Positions 22,365-35,161 of a stretch of DNA of 38,888 bases are shown here, in pieces; position 1 is the first letter of the stretch, and every line of letters begins with the position of its first letter. The DNA is taken from assembly GCA_032718475.1 (NCBI GenBank), contig JAUCBJ010003784.1, positions 1-38,888 on the forward strand, in the 5' to 3' direction. Below the pieces are notes generated by a model that saw only the letters and a program-made list of their open reading frames with translations, did not search any database and was not told the origin of the DNA. Origin of the DNA: Nemertoderma westbladi. Lineage: Eukaryota; Animalia; Xenacoelomorpha. Both the position numbers and the translations under genes were made by a program.

Positions 22365-22495
22365 CAACCATTAATTCAACTGGTACTCATTTTATCGACC
22401 CCAGTGGATGAAAGGATGAGGGGTCCCAGGTAGGTCTCGAACCTACAACCAATATATTGTAAGCCCCCAGTATTCAATCAATCTGGCTAGCCCCT
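22365..22495 (-). mobile_element. tRNA-derived SINE fragment
   Basis: The minus strand has A-box-like TAGCCAGATTG (22489-22479) and B-box GGTTCGAGACC (22443-22433). These are followed by CCTTTCATCC..GGGGTCGATAAAATGAGTACCAG, a conserved central SINE-domain-like motif. Confidence 0.65.
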
Positions 22496-22639
22496 CTTTT
22501 ATCAGGCGCACTGTATGCCTTATCGTGAGAACTAGTGTATTTTAGACGACGTTTCTTGAATGTCAATAACAAACACCAATGTTCCAGAACCAATGTTCCA
22601 AAACATCACCAGAAGGCTGACATAGAAGAAGACCAGGCT

Positions 22640-22960
22640 TAGGCTGTTCAGTTCTGCGTAAGAGGTGGCCAGCTAGACTAATGACGTCTGGCGTAGAATT
22701 CTGGTGTGGTACCATAAACGGATCTGGTATCTATCTACTGCAGTAAGACACCAGAGTTAGGGCCGCCATATAGCAGCTCTACTGCTGCTGGAAGAAATAT
22801 TACCTTCAGATAAGATTTGATTCCAGGTGATTTACATACCCTTATTGAGTTTATTTAAAGCTAACCATAACTTACACTTTCTTATTCGGAGGGCAGATCT
22901 CAGAATCCAATGTCCTCTCCGTACTTGTTGCAAGTAAGACACGTGTCAGTTCTATACCGG
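22640..22960 (-). mobile_element. Highly decayed RTE-like LINE fragment
   Basis: Broken similarity to RTE ORF2 C-terminal motifs (RIRK, ELLYG, TRILRQ), paralleling 36880-37100. Confidence 0.3.
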
Positions 22961-24260
22961 CAGTCTGAATATGGTTTACCACAAAAGTTAACCGCATCAA
23001 AAGTGGCATAACAAAATTAATAGCATGATGAAGAAAGATAACTGTGCCCCGAATAAAGAAGTTGCGTACGCTTCAGTGTATGCACCTCCTTACTCACAGT
23101 TTATGTAAAGCACTGATACATATATGCACTGCACATACAGTGCATATGTCTGTCTTTGCGTATTAGACGCCGCGCCGGTTGGAACGTTACACTACAGAAG
23201 CTTCAATCACTGACAACTGGAAAAGCACGAAGCAATAAAGGAATCATTCATTGTTCTGACGATATATTAGTCAATGCAAGGACTGGAGTCTTTCAAATAG
23301 AATGACTCATCAAGGAACATTAGGAAACGGACTTAATTAGAGTAGATCTGACCTGATAATACATACAGTATACAATAGCCTTACAGACACTGGACTATGC
23401 TATTGATTATAGATTATAGGCTGAAAACCTTTATCCAAAAAGAAAATAAAAATTCCCTTCAGAGGGATAATTACTGCAAGATAGTGGATGTGTAAAGAAG
23501 GTTAGAAGTTTAGTACCACGTACTAAACTGCATTGTGTTGAACTCACATAATTCGATGCACGTCCAACAGCGAAATCGAAATGGATTAGGTAAGAATTTA
23601 AGCCTTTCTGTTACACCAGACTACGACAAACAATGTCGCGTTTTAACGTTCCCCTGGCACACTATGACAGACATATTAAATGTTACTTAATGCGTACGAT
23701 ATATCACGATGTTAAGATAATTAATTTCTGGATTCCACCAGGATTTCCTTTGATTCACGCGGTTATGGTAGGGGATTATTGTGAGCCTTGGCAGGCAGCA
23801 TCCGGAATGATAGCGGTGCGAGAACGGATGAGTAGCACAATATAATCATATTAATGGCATCCGTTGGGGAAGGAAATTAAATCATATAAGAGGAAGCGCG
23901 CAGTGTGACTGCATGAGAGACCGTGACGGTGTGACTATGCCTTTTTCTATATTAATAAGGAAATATATTAAAATAAATTAATAAGGCAACAACTTCAGAG
24001 GACAAAACTGTCCTTACAATAAAAACTAAATGACTGAAGGTCATGAAGGTTCACCCCGATTTATGTGGGCTGATTTATGTATTAGTAATAGGCCTACCAG
24101 TATCATAGGTTTCCTGTAATGCGATTCACACAAAAACAAATAGCTTGGTAAAAACCTTAGTGCTGACTATCCTGGAGCTTCTAAAATAACATCAAACTAC
24201 TTTCATATTCATTAATTACACTACCATCCCCCACACGCAACGCAACAAATAATAACTAAC

Positions 24261-24405
24261 AGCCATTCGCTTCGCGTTCACTGGTGGTGGAAACCCTTCT
24301 GGTGTTTTATTCTCAATATTGGATTTTATTTGTCTCAACTTCTCGCGATGTTTCATGTAACTCTGTTTATCCCATCGCTCCCGAAGATTCACCCTCAAAC
24401 CGGAT
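24261..24405 (-). CDS. Host gene coding exon 2 (start of the CFAP97/Hemingway domain)
   Basis: Acceptor gttttccag|A, donor GCT|gttagt. ERWDKQSYMKHREKLRQIKSNIENKTP...NAKRMA resembles the W....Y..HR.K......ID...P family motif. 145 nt, phase 2 to 0. Confidence 0.85.
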
Positions 24406-24755
24406 CTGGAAAACAAATATGACCATCTCAAGTTGCATAAAAAAGATGATTATTTAAACTTACATTTAAAAAATATTCATATCAAATTAAGAATCTAATG
24501 CATATATTATTAGATATACACACAGCCCTTTCTTTTTATAGGCCTATTAGTCCGGCAGATATTACATTATACCGTATGGAAGTATGTTTTAACTGCATAA
24601 CTGCAAGTTTTAACTGATTTGGGTAGGTAATATTGTCGTCAATAACCCGACTGATTACCATCTGACATCATTAAGGATTTTCCTGTTGTGACCAAATTCT
24701 GCACCGGATATGACTTTATTCGCAAAGGCAATATGATTGATTTCGTTCCCCTAAG

Positions 24756-25113
24756 GGTACGCAGCAAACTTCGCCAGCGAGAAAGCTTCGCCCGCGTCCA
24801 ATCTTCGCCCTCAAAATGAGCAACTTTCGCCCGACGGAGACCTTCGCCAGTAGGCAATCTTCGCCTGCGAGCAACCTTCGCCCAATAAACTAATAAACAA
24901 TTATTGTTTTGGTTACAAAAAGCTGTCTCTGTAACCTGCTCCTTTCCCTCAATTAGTAACACCATCGTTTATTGTTTTGGTTAAAAAGCCGTCTCTGTAA
25001 CCTGCTCTTTTCCCTCAATTAGTAACACCATCGTTTATTGTTTTGGTTAGAAAAAGCCGTCTCGTACGCGGACGCGGGCGAATGTTGTACGCGGGCAAAG
25101 ATTGCGCCCAACC
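24756..25113. mobile_element. MITE, probably Mutator (MULE)-type
   Basis: Imperfect 24-bp TIRs (GGTACGCAGCAAACTTCGCCAGCG vs GGTTGGGCGCAATCTTTGCCCGCG). 9-bp TSD TCCCCTAAG/TCCCCTAGG. Subterminal CTTCGCCC repeats and an internal ~68-bp tandem duplication. Confidence 0.65.
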
Positions 25114-26270
25114 TCCCCTAGGGGTGTGTTCCAGAACGTTTTTACTCATTATTATTCCAATGGGAGCAACTCCAGTTTCCAATTTACTGTGCGCTGTATT
25201 GTAACCATAGAGAGGTTCTGTACAGTTAAATTACTTTTAAAATTATTCAATAACATAACATTGCATCAACTTCAATTTCAAATGCCTGGTCGTATCTTAA
25301 TAAAATATTTAAAAAACTATTCCAAGATGGCAGTAGATGCATATATTAATTTTAAACTTCCAACCAAATACATTAAAAAACTATATTTATATAATCGTCT
25401 CCAACAAAAATATGGGATGGAAGACTGAAATGAAAATTCTCATAAAAGTGTGCCATAAGATAGGGATTCAGGTGATGTAAGTTTAATTGTAATGTAAACA
25501 ATGCAGGTCGGTTCTGTCGCGTTTCGGCAACTGTCACGTTTAGCGACAACACCTGGAGGGAGGCCTACCATTTGTTCATTTTAACAGTAAATTTATAACT
25601 AAACTATAAGGAACCGATTGGACTAATCGTCTTAATTAACTGTTCCTGGGCACAGCTTTTAAATTACAAATTACACAAAATCCACAATGATGCAAGCTGT
25701 ACATCAGTCGATTGATCGAAATAAAATTTCCTACCAAGATCACCAAAAACATTTACTATAGGTACACCCATGCAAAGTTCAGTGAAAAAACGCAAAATCT
25801 GCCGGACTATATATATATTTATTGTTTGAAAATAATTATTATAAAATCGTCTGAAACTTCTAATTTTAAAAGTTCAAAAGATCAGAGCTGGTTTGTTTTT
25901 AAGGACCTTTGTTGGCCGCAGGCGCTGTATCATGTGTTTCTTCCATGCCTCAATTATCCACCACCTCCCGCCCCGTATCTGGAAAAATGATTTAATTTTT
26001 CGTATTTTTATGTAAGCGCTGACTGTAAGCGCAGTGATTTCGCACTACAGTTGTGTCATTATGGAAGACAGTATAGTCGTTGGTGATTTCCAAAGCCAGC
26101 TATATAATGGGAGCCTGGCTTCTGGTTATGTGCTTTGGCTCGCCGTACCACACGAATTGAAAAGTTGAATTTACAGTTGAGGGGGGCATGGTTGTGAGTC
26201 AATTAAAATCGATGTAGTGACGTAATGAGTTCGCGGCACCGAGTTATTAAAACGTATAACGAAGTGCAGC

Positions 26271-27110
26271 CACATTGTCGCACTCACCTGTAATAGACCA
26301 CTTTGTCGCACTCACCTGTAATAGACCACATTGTCGCACTCACCTGTAATAGACCACATTGTCGCACTCAACTGTAATAGACCACATTGTCGCACTCACC
26401 TGTAATGGACCACATTGTCGCACTCACCTGTAATAGACCACATTGTCGCACTCAACTGTAATAGACCACATTGTCGCACTCACCTGTAATGGACCACATT
26501 GTCGCACTCACCTGTAATAGACCACATTGTCGCACTCACCTGTAATAGAACACATTGTCGCACTCACATGTAATAGACCACATTGTCGCACACACATGTA
26601 ATAGACCACATTGTCGCACTCACCTGTAATAGACCACATTGTCGCACTCACCTGTAATAGAACACATTGTCGCACTCACCTGTAATAGACCACATTGTCG
26701 CACTCACCTGTAATAGAACACATTGTCGCACTCACCTGTAATAGACCACATTGTCGCACTCACCTGTAATAGAACACATGGCCTCACTCACCTGTATTAG
26801 AACACATGGCCTCACTCACCTGTAATAGAACACATGGCCTCACTCACCTGTAATAGTCTACATTGTCGCACTCACCTGTAATAGACCACATGGCCGCACT
26901 CACCTGTATTAGACCACATGGCCTCACTCACCTGTAATAGACCACATTGTCGCACTCAACTGTAATAGACCACATTGTCTCACTCACCTGTAATAGACCA
27001 CATTGTCGCACTCACCTGTAATAGAACACATTGTCGCACTCACCTGTAATAGACCACATTGTCGCACTCACCTGCAATAGACCACATGGCCTCACTCACC
27101 TGTAATAGTC
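26271..27110. repeat. 28-bp minisatellite (~30 copies) CACATTGTCGCACTCACCTGTAATAGAC spanning the splice donor of coding exon 1
   Basis: Period of 28. The minus-strand unit is GTCTATTACAG|GTGAGTGCGACAATGTG. Confidence 0.95.
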
Positions 27111-27170
27111 TACAGAATTGGAACTGGAGGTAGAAGATTCCAGGGCATTTCCTTGGTGTTGTAATTCCAT
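27100..27170 (-). CDS. Host gene first coding exon (MELQHQGNALESSTSSSNSVDYYR); exon probably starts at 27225 with 5' UTR
   Basis: ATG at 27170, donor ACAG|GTGAGT, phase 2 matching the next exon, acceptor atcag| at 27225. Joined CDS is 71+145+140+1936=2292 nt = 763 aa plus stop. Confidence 0.65.
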
Positions 27171-27418
27171 GAACATTCCAAGAGTCAATCTTCAAACGCC
27201 ATCAAATCAACTACATCAGTGCTATCTGATTAAATCACTTAATATTTATTAAGTTAAAAGTCCTTTGAAATTCAAAAGAAAGATAAATAAAAAATAAACA
27301 TATCATTAATAATATTGTAAGAATATTTTAACTGCCAATAATGTAGCTCCTAAATTATATACATTATAGGATAAATGTGCTAAAACGTTCAGTTAAAAAA
27401 GTTATCAGGGTGGCATTC

Positions 27419-30400
27419 AATGTTACAAATAATCCTTTATTCGCCAAATTGATCTGTATGATATCAATGTTACAAATAATCCTTTATTCGCCCAATTTAT
27501 CTGTATGATATCAATGTTACAAATAATCCTTGTTCGCCCAATTTATCTGTATGATATCAATGTTACAAATAATCCTTTATTCGCCCAATTTATCTGTATG
27601 TTACAAATAATCCTTTATTCGCCAAATTGATCTGTATGATATCAATGTTACAAATAATCCTTGTTCGCCCAATTTATCTGTATGATATCAATGTTACAAA
27701 TAATCCTTTATTCGCCCAATTTATCTGTATGATATCAATGTTACAAATAATCCTTTGTTCGCCCAATTTATCTGTATGTTACAAATAATCCTTTATTCGC
27801 CAAATTGATCTGTATGATATCAATGTTACAAATAATCCTTGTTCGCCCAATTTATCTGTATGTTACAAATAATCCTTGTTCGCCCAATTTATCTGTATGT
27901 TACAAATAATCCTTTATTCGCCCAATTTATCTGTATGATATCAATGTTACAAATAATCCTTGTTCGCCCAATTTATCTGTATGATATCAATGTTACAAAT
28001 AATCCTTTGTTCGCCCAATTTATCTGTATGTTACAAATAATCCTTGTTCGCCCAATTTATCTGTATGTTACAAATAATCCTTTATTCGCCCAATTTATCT
28101 GTATGATATCAATGTTACAAATAATCCTTGTTCGCCCAATTTATCTGTATGATATCAATGTTACAAATAATCCTTTATTCGCCCAATTTATCTGTATGAT
28201 ATCAATGTTACAAATAATCCTTTGTTCGCCCAATTTATCTGTATGTTACAAATAATCCTTTATTCGCCAAATTGATCTGTATGATATCAATGTTACAAAT
28301 AATCCTTTGTTCGCCCAATTTATCTGTATGTTACAAATAATCCTTTATTCGCCAAATTGATCTGTATGATATCAATGTTACAAATAATCCTTGTTCGCCC
28401 AATTTATCTGTATGTTACAAATAATCCTTGTTCGCCCAATTTATCTGTATGTTACAAATAATCCTTTATTCGCCCAATTTATCTGTATGATATCAATGTT
28501 ACAAATAATCCTTTGTTCGCCCAATTTATCTGTATGTTACAAATAATCCTTGTTCGCCCAATTTATCTGTATGTTACAAATAATCCTTTATTCGCCCAAT
28601 TTATCTGTATGATATCAATGTTACAAATAATCCTTGTTCGCCCAATTTATCTGTATGATATCAATGTTACAAATAATCCTTTATTCGCCCAATTTATCTG
28701 TATGATATCAATGTTACAAATAATCCTTTGTTCGCCCAATTTATCTGTATGTTACAAATAATCCTTTATTCGCCAAATTGATCTGTATGATATCAATGTT
28801 ACAAATAATCCTTGTTCGCCCAATTTATCTGTATGATATCAATGTTACAAATAATCCTTGTTCGCCCAATTTATCTGTATGATATCAATGTTACAAATAA
28901 TCCTTTGTTCGCCCAATTTATCTGTATGTTACAAATAATCCTTTATTCGCCAAATTGATCTGTATGATATCAATGTTACAAATAATCCTTTATTCGCCCA
29001 ATTTATCTGTATGATATCAATGTTACAAATAATCCTTTATTCGCCCAATTTATCTGTATGATATCAATGTTACAAATAATCCTTTGTTCGCCCAATTTAT
29101 CTGTATGTTACAAATAATCCTTTATTCGCCAAATTGATCTGTATGATATCAATGTTACAAATAATCCTTGTTCGCCCAATTTATCTGTATGATATCAATG
29201 TTACAAATAATCCTTTGTTCGCCCAATTTATCTGTATGTTACAAATAATCCTTGTTCGCCCAATTTATCTGTATGTTACAAATAATCCTTTATTCGCCCA
29301 ATTTATCTGTATGATATCAATGTTACAAATAATCCTTTATTCGCCCAATTTATCTGTATGATATCAATGTTACAAATAATCCTTTGTTCGCCCAATTTAT
29401 CTGTATGTTACAAATAATCCTTTATTCGCCAAATTGATCTGTATGATATCAATGTTACAAATAATCCTTGTTCGCCCAATTTATCTGTATGATATCAATG
29501 TTACAAATAATCCTTTGTTCGCCCAATTTATCTGTATGTTACAAATAATCCTTGTTCGCCCAATTTATCTGTATGTTACAAATAATCCTTTATTCGCCCA
29601 ATTTATCTGTATGATATCAATGTTACAAATAATCCTTTATTCGCCCAATTTATCTGTATGATATCAATGTTACAAATAATCCTTTGTTCGCCCAATTTAT
29701 CTGTATGTTACAAATAATCCTTTATTCGCCAAATTGATCTGTATGATATCAATGTTACAAATAATCCTTGTTCGCCCAATTTATCTGTATGATATCAATG
29801 TTACAAATAATCCTTTGTTCGCCCAATTTATCTGTATGTTACAAATAATCCTTGTTCGCCCAATTTATCTGTATGTTACAAATAATCCTTTATTCGCCCA
29901 ATTTATCTGTATGATATCAATGTTACAAATAATCCTTTATTCGCCCAATTTATCTGTATGATATCAATGTTACAAATAATCCTTTGTTCGCCCAATTTAT
30001 CTGTATGTTACAAATAATCCTTGTTCGCCCAATTTATCTGTATGTTACAAATAATCCTTTATTCGCCCAATTTATCTGTATGATATCAATGTTACAAATA
30101 ATCCTTTATTCGCCCAATTTATCTGTATGATATCAATGTTACAAATAATCCTTTGTTCGCCCAATTTATCTGTATGATATCAATGTTACAAATAATCCTT
30201 TATTCGCCCAATTTATCTGTATGATATCAATGTTACAAATAATCCTTTGTTCGCCCAATTTATCTGTATGTTACAAATAATCCTTGTTCGCCCAATTTAT
30301 CTGTATGTTACAAATAATCCTTTATTCGCCCAATTTATCTGTATGATATCAATGTTACAAATAATCCTTTATTCGCCCAATTTATCTGTATGATATCAAT

Positions 30401-33400
30401 GTTACAAATAATCCTTTGTTCGCCCAATTTATCTGTATGATATCAATGTTACAAATAATCCTTTATTCGCCCAATTTATCTGTATGATATCAATGTTACA
30501 AATAATCCTTTATTCGCCCAATTTATCTGTATGATATCAATGTTACAAATAATCCTTTGTTCGCCCAATTTATCTGTATGATATCAATGTTACAAATAAT
30601 CCTTTATTCGCCCAATTTATCTGTATGATATCAATGTTACAAATAATCCTTTGTTCGCCCAATTTATCTGTATGATATCAATGTTACAAATAATCCTTTA
30701 TTCGCCCAATTTATCTGTATGTTACAAATAATCCTTTATTCGCCCAATTTATCTGTATGATATCAATGTTACAAATAATCCTTTATTCGCCCAATTTATC
30801 TGTATGATATCAATGTTACAAATAATCCTTTATTCGCCCAATTTATCTGTATGATATCAATGTTACAAATAATCCTTTATTCGCCCAATTTATCTGTATG
30901 AAATCAATGTTACAAATAATCCTTTATTCGCCAAATTGATCTGTATGATATCAATGTTACAAATAATCCTTTATTCGCCCAATTTATCTGTATGATATCA
31001 ATGTTACAAATAATCCTTTATTCGCCCAATTTATCTGTATGATATCAATGTTACAAATAATCCTTTATTCGCCCAATTTATCTGTATGATATCAATGTTA
31101 CAAATAATCCTTTATTCGCCCAATTTATCTGTATGATATCAATGTTACAAATAATCCTTTATTCGCCCAATTTATCTGTATGATATTAATGTTACAAATA
31201 ATCGTTTATTCGCCCAATTTATCTGTATGATATCAATGTTACAAATAATCCTTTATTCGCCCAATTTATCTGTATGATATTAATGTTACAAATAATCGTT
31301 TATTCGCCCAATTTATCTGTATGATATCAATGTTACAAATAATCCTTTATTCGCCCAATTTATCTGTATGTTACAAATAATCCTTTATTCGCCCAATTTA
31401 TCTGTATGATATCAATGTTACAAATAATCCTTTATTCGCCCAATTTATCTGTATGATATCAATGTTACAAATAATCCTTTATTCGCCCAATTTATCTGTA
31501 TGATATCAATGTTACAAATAATCCTTTATTCGCCCAATTTATCTGTATTATATCAATGTTACAAATAATCCTTTATTCGCCCAATTTATCTGTATGATAT
31601 CAATGTTACAAATAATCCTTTATTCGCCCAATTTATCTGTATGATATCAATGTTACAAATAATCCTTTATTCGCCCAATTTATCTGTATGATATCAATGT
31701 TACAAATAATCCTTTATTCGCCCAATTTATCTGTATGATATCAATGTTACAAATAATCCTTTATTTGCCCAATTTATCTGTATTATATCAATGTTACAAA
31801 TAATCCTTTATTCGCCCAATTTATCTGTATGATATCAATGTTACAAATAATCCTTTATTCGCCCAATTTATCTGTATGATATCAATGTTACAAATAATCC
31901 TTTATTCGCCCAATTTATCTGTATGATATCAATGTTACAAATAATCCTTTATTCGCCCAATTTATCTGTATGATATCAATGTTACAAATAATCCTTTATT
32001 CGCCCAATTTATCTGTATTATATCAATGTTACAAATAATCCTTTATTCGCCCAATTTATCTGTATGATATCAATGTTACAAATAATCCTTTATTCGCCCA
32101 ATTTATCTGTATGATATCAATGTTACAAATAATCCTTTATTCGCCCAATTTATCTGTATGATATCAATGTTACAAATAATCCTTTATTCGCCCAATTTAT
32201 CTGTATGATATCAATGTTACAAATAATCCTTTATTCGCCCAATTTATCTGTATGATATCAATGTTACAAATAATCCTTTATTCGCCCAATTTATCTGTAT
32301 GATATCAATGTTACAAATAATCCTTTATTCGCCCAATTTATCTGTATGATATCAATGTTACAAATAATCCTTTATTCGCCCAATTTATCTGTATGATATC
32401 AATGTTACAAATAATCCTTTATTCGCCCAATTTATCTGTATGATATCAATGTTACAAATAATCCTTTATTCGCCCAATTTATCTGTATGATATCAATGTT
32501 ACAAATAATCCTTTATTCGCCCAATTTATCTGTATGATATCAATGTTACAAATAATCCTTTATTCGCCCAATTTATCTGTATGATATCAATGTTACAAAT
32601 AATCCTTTATTCGCCCAATTTATCTGTATGATATCAATGTTACAAATAATCCTTTATTCGCCCAATTTATCTGTATTATATCAATGTTACAAATAATCCT
32701 TTATTCGCCCAATTTATCTGTATTATATCAATGTTACAAATAATCCTTTATTCGCCCAATTTATCTGTATGATATCAATGTTACAAATAATCCTTTATTC
32801 GCCCAATTTATCTGTATGATATCAATGTTACAAATAATCCTTTATTCGCCCAATTTATCTGTATGATATCAATGTTACAAATAATCCTTTATTCGCCCAA
32901 TTTATCTGTATGATATCAATGTTACAAATAATCCTTTATTCGCCCAATTTATCTGTATGATATCAATGTTACAAATAATCCTTTATTCGCCCAATTTATC
33001 TGTATGATATCAATGTTACAAATAATCCTTTATTCGCCCAATTTATCTGTATGATATCAATGTTACAAATAATCCTTTATTCGCCCAATTTATCTGTATG
33101 ATATCAATGTTACAAATAATCCTTTATTCGCCCAATTTATCTGTATGATATCAATGTTACAAATAATCCTTTATTCGCCCAATTTATCTGTATGATATCA
33201 ATGTTACAAATAATCCTTTATTCGCCCAATTTATCTGTATGATATCAATGTTACAAATAATCCTTTATTCGCCCAATTTATCTGTATTATATCAATGTTA
33301 CAAATAATCCTTTATTCGCCCAATTTATCTGTATGATATCAATGTTACAAATAATCCTTTATTCGCCCAATTTATCTGTATGATATCAATGTTACAAATG

Positions 33401-33801
33401 ATCCTTTATTCGCCCAATTTATCTGTATGATATCAATGTTACAAATAATCCTTTATTCGCCCAATTTATCTGTATGATATCAATGTTACAAATAATCCTT
33501 TATTCGCCCAATTTATCTGTATGATATCAATGTTACAAATAATCCTTTATTCGCCCAATTTATCTGTATGATATCAATGTTACAAATGATCCTTTATTCG
33601 CCCAATTTATCTGTATGATATCAATGTTACAAATAATCCTTTATTCGCCCAATTTATCTGTATGATATCAATGTTACAAATAATCCTTTATTCGCCCAAT
33701 TTATCTGTATGATATCAATGTTACAAATAATCGTTTATTCGCCCAATTTATCTGTATGATATCAATGTTACAAATAATCCTTTATTCGCCCAATGTATCT
33801 G
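27419..33801. repeat. 6.4-kb satellite with a 47-bp monomer (TGTTACAAATAATCCTTTATTCGCCCAATTTATCTGTATGATATCAA) and 46/38/37-bp variants; about 140 copies
   Basis: Direct inspection. A 300-bp higher-order repeat is present around 29040-30000. Confidence 0.97.
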
Positions 33802-34072
33802 ACACAACGTCTTTAATCTTAAAACCTAATCCTACTACTGCAATCGCCCACTGAATGTAAATTCCTGGTAATTGAAATCCTAACTGAGTGCGTTCTAATA
33901 TACGTAATTGCACTTGCGACGATTCAGTTGCTAGGCACAATGTATTTAGTGCTACGAGTTATTGATTAAAGGGATATTAAAGCGAGAGAGGCCGTCGGTT
34001 TGGGTTATTACTTTCCTGATATGGCGAGAAATAAAGTTATTGAAAAGTACTCGAAATATCAAAAACACTTAC

Positions 34073-34270
34073 CTTGCAAAAACAGAATTACGAAATTTAC
34101 ACAGTGATTAATAAAGTTGGGTACGTAATAGTCTTGTCAGTGAGTTGAGGAAAGTGTTTATTAATAGGTTTTAATTCGTAATAATAATAGCAAACAGCAC
34201 TGCATCTGGCTAATTTTGTAGTTTCAGCAGCATATTTTCCACCAAGGATTCACGTTCAGGATAGGAAGTT
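34073..34270 (-). other. Putative non-coding first exon of the CFAP97-domain gene (5' limit uncertain)
   Basis: Strong donor AAG|GTAAGT with the exon ending at 34073, just downstream (minus strand) of an X-box/CCAAT cluster. Confidence 0.4.
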
Positions 34271-34281
34271 CTCTTAACCAA

Positions 34282-34366
34282 ATCTCCATGGTTACACATC
34301 AACAAACTTACAGCGTCACGTGTAGATGGTTGAAATAAAGTATGTTAACTTCAGCATCAAGCCAAT
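34282..34366 (-). promoter_or_regulatory. Promoter candidate: RFX X-box-like GTAACCATGGAGAT, E-box GTCACGTG, CCAAT
   Basis: ATCTCCATGGTTAC at 34282-34295, GTCACGTG at 34316-34323, CCAAT at 34362-34366. A second X-box-like GTTGCTAGGCAC is at 33927-33938. Confidence 0.45.
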
Positions 34367-35161
34367 CACATTGTGCAAGATCATATCATAGGTAACCTTT
34401 ACTTTATAATTGATGTCTCTTGGGCATTAATTTGGACGCGATGTACATCCGTATATAGTTAGTTGTCAGAGTATATGTAATGTATAATATATGTAATGTA
34501 CAGTATGTATAACTGAGATCTTGATTGATCTTTACAAATCGTTGGGGAATACATCGCGGGAAAACCATGTAAATCGCTCACTTTATAGTTTTCTTTGAAA
34601 TTTCTTCCGGAGATGACGATGACGGATCTGAATAATTAATGAGTGATTATTTTCAAGTAACCTTCGCGTATTTAAGTTATTTACCCTCCTATGTATAATA
34701 AAATGAGTTTCAAAGAACAGGTATCCATAAATAATATATAATTAATATGTAATGTTGTTGATTGTTTATTAATGAAGTAATAAATCTGCAATAATCAGAT
34801 ACTGCAATAGGCTGAATGTTTACATACCGGTCAGGCAATCCGCCGAGTTTGTAATTGTAAACAGCATTATCAATCTTCCCCTTTATGAATTGAATTAATA
34901 ACTAATTTTAGTGTCAAAAAACGCGCAAAACTCTCCGCTTTCAATTGATATAAGCCACGTGTGAAATGATTGAGATTTAATGTGTATTAGAATCGATCGA
35001 AAATCTCTCTCCATAGAAACCAAGATAAAAAATTATCAGATCACTGCATAATGACGTCAAATATGTAGCAGCCCATCACAGCCGATTTTCAAAATTGGCT
35101 TCCCACACTTACTTAAACCCGCCATTTCGACCGTTTCCTCGAGTTTTTACAAAAAATAAAT

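Noticed and set aside
27839-29961. Repeated 75-138 aa ORFs (MLQIILVRPIYLY...)
   Set aside because: Satellite translation artefacts that track the 300-bp higher-order repeat.
26271-33801. CRISPR-like appearance of the 28-bp and 47-bp arrays
   Set aside because: Units are head-to-tail with no unique spacers, there are no cas genes, and the context is eukaryotic and intronic.
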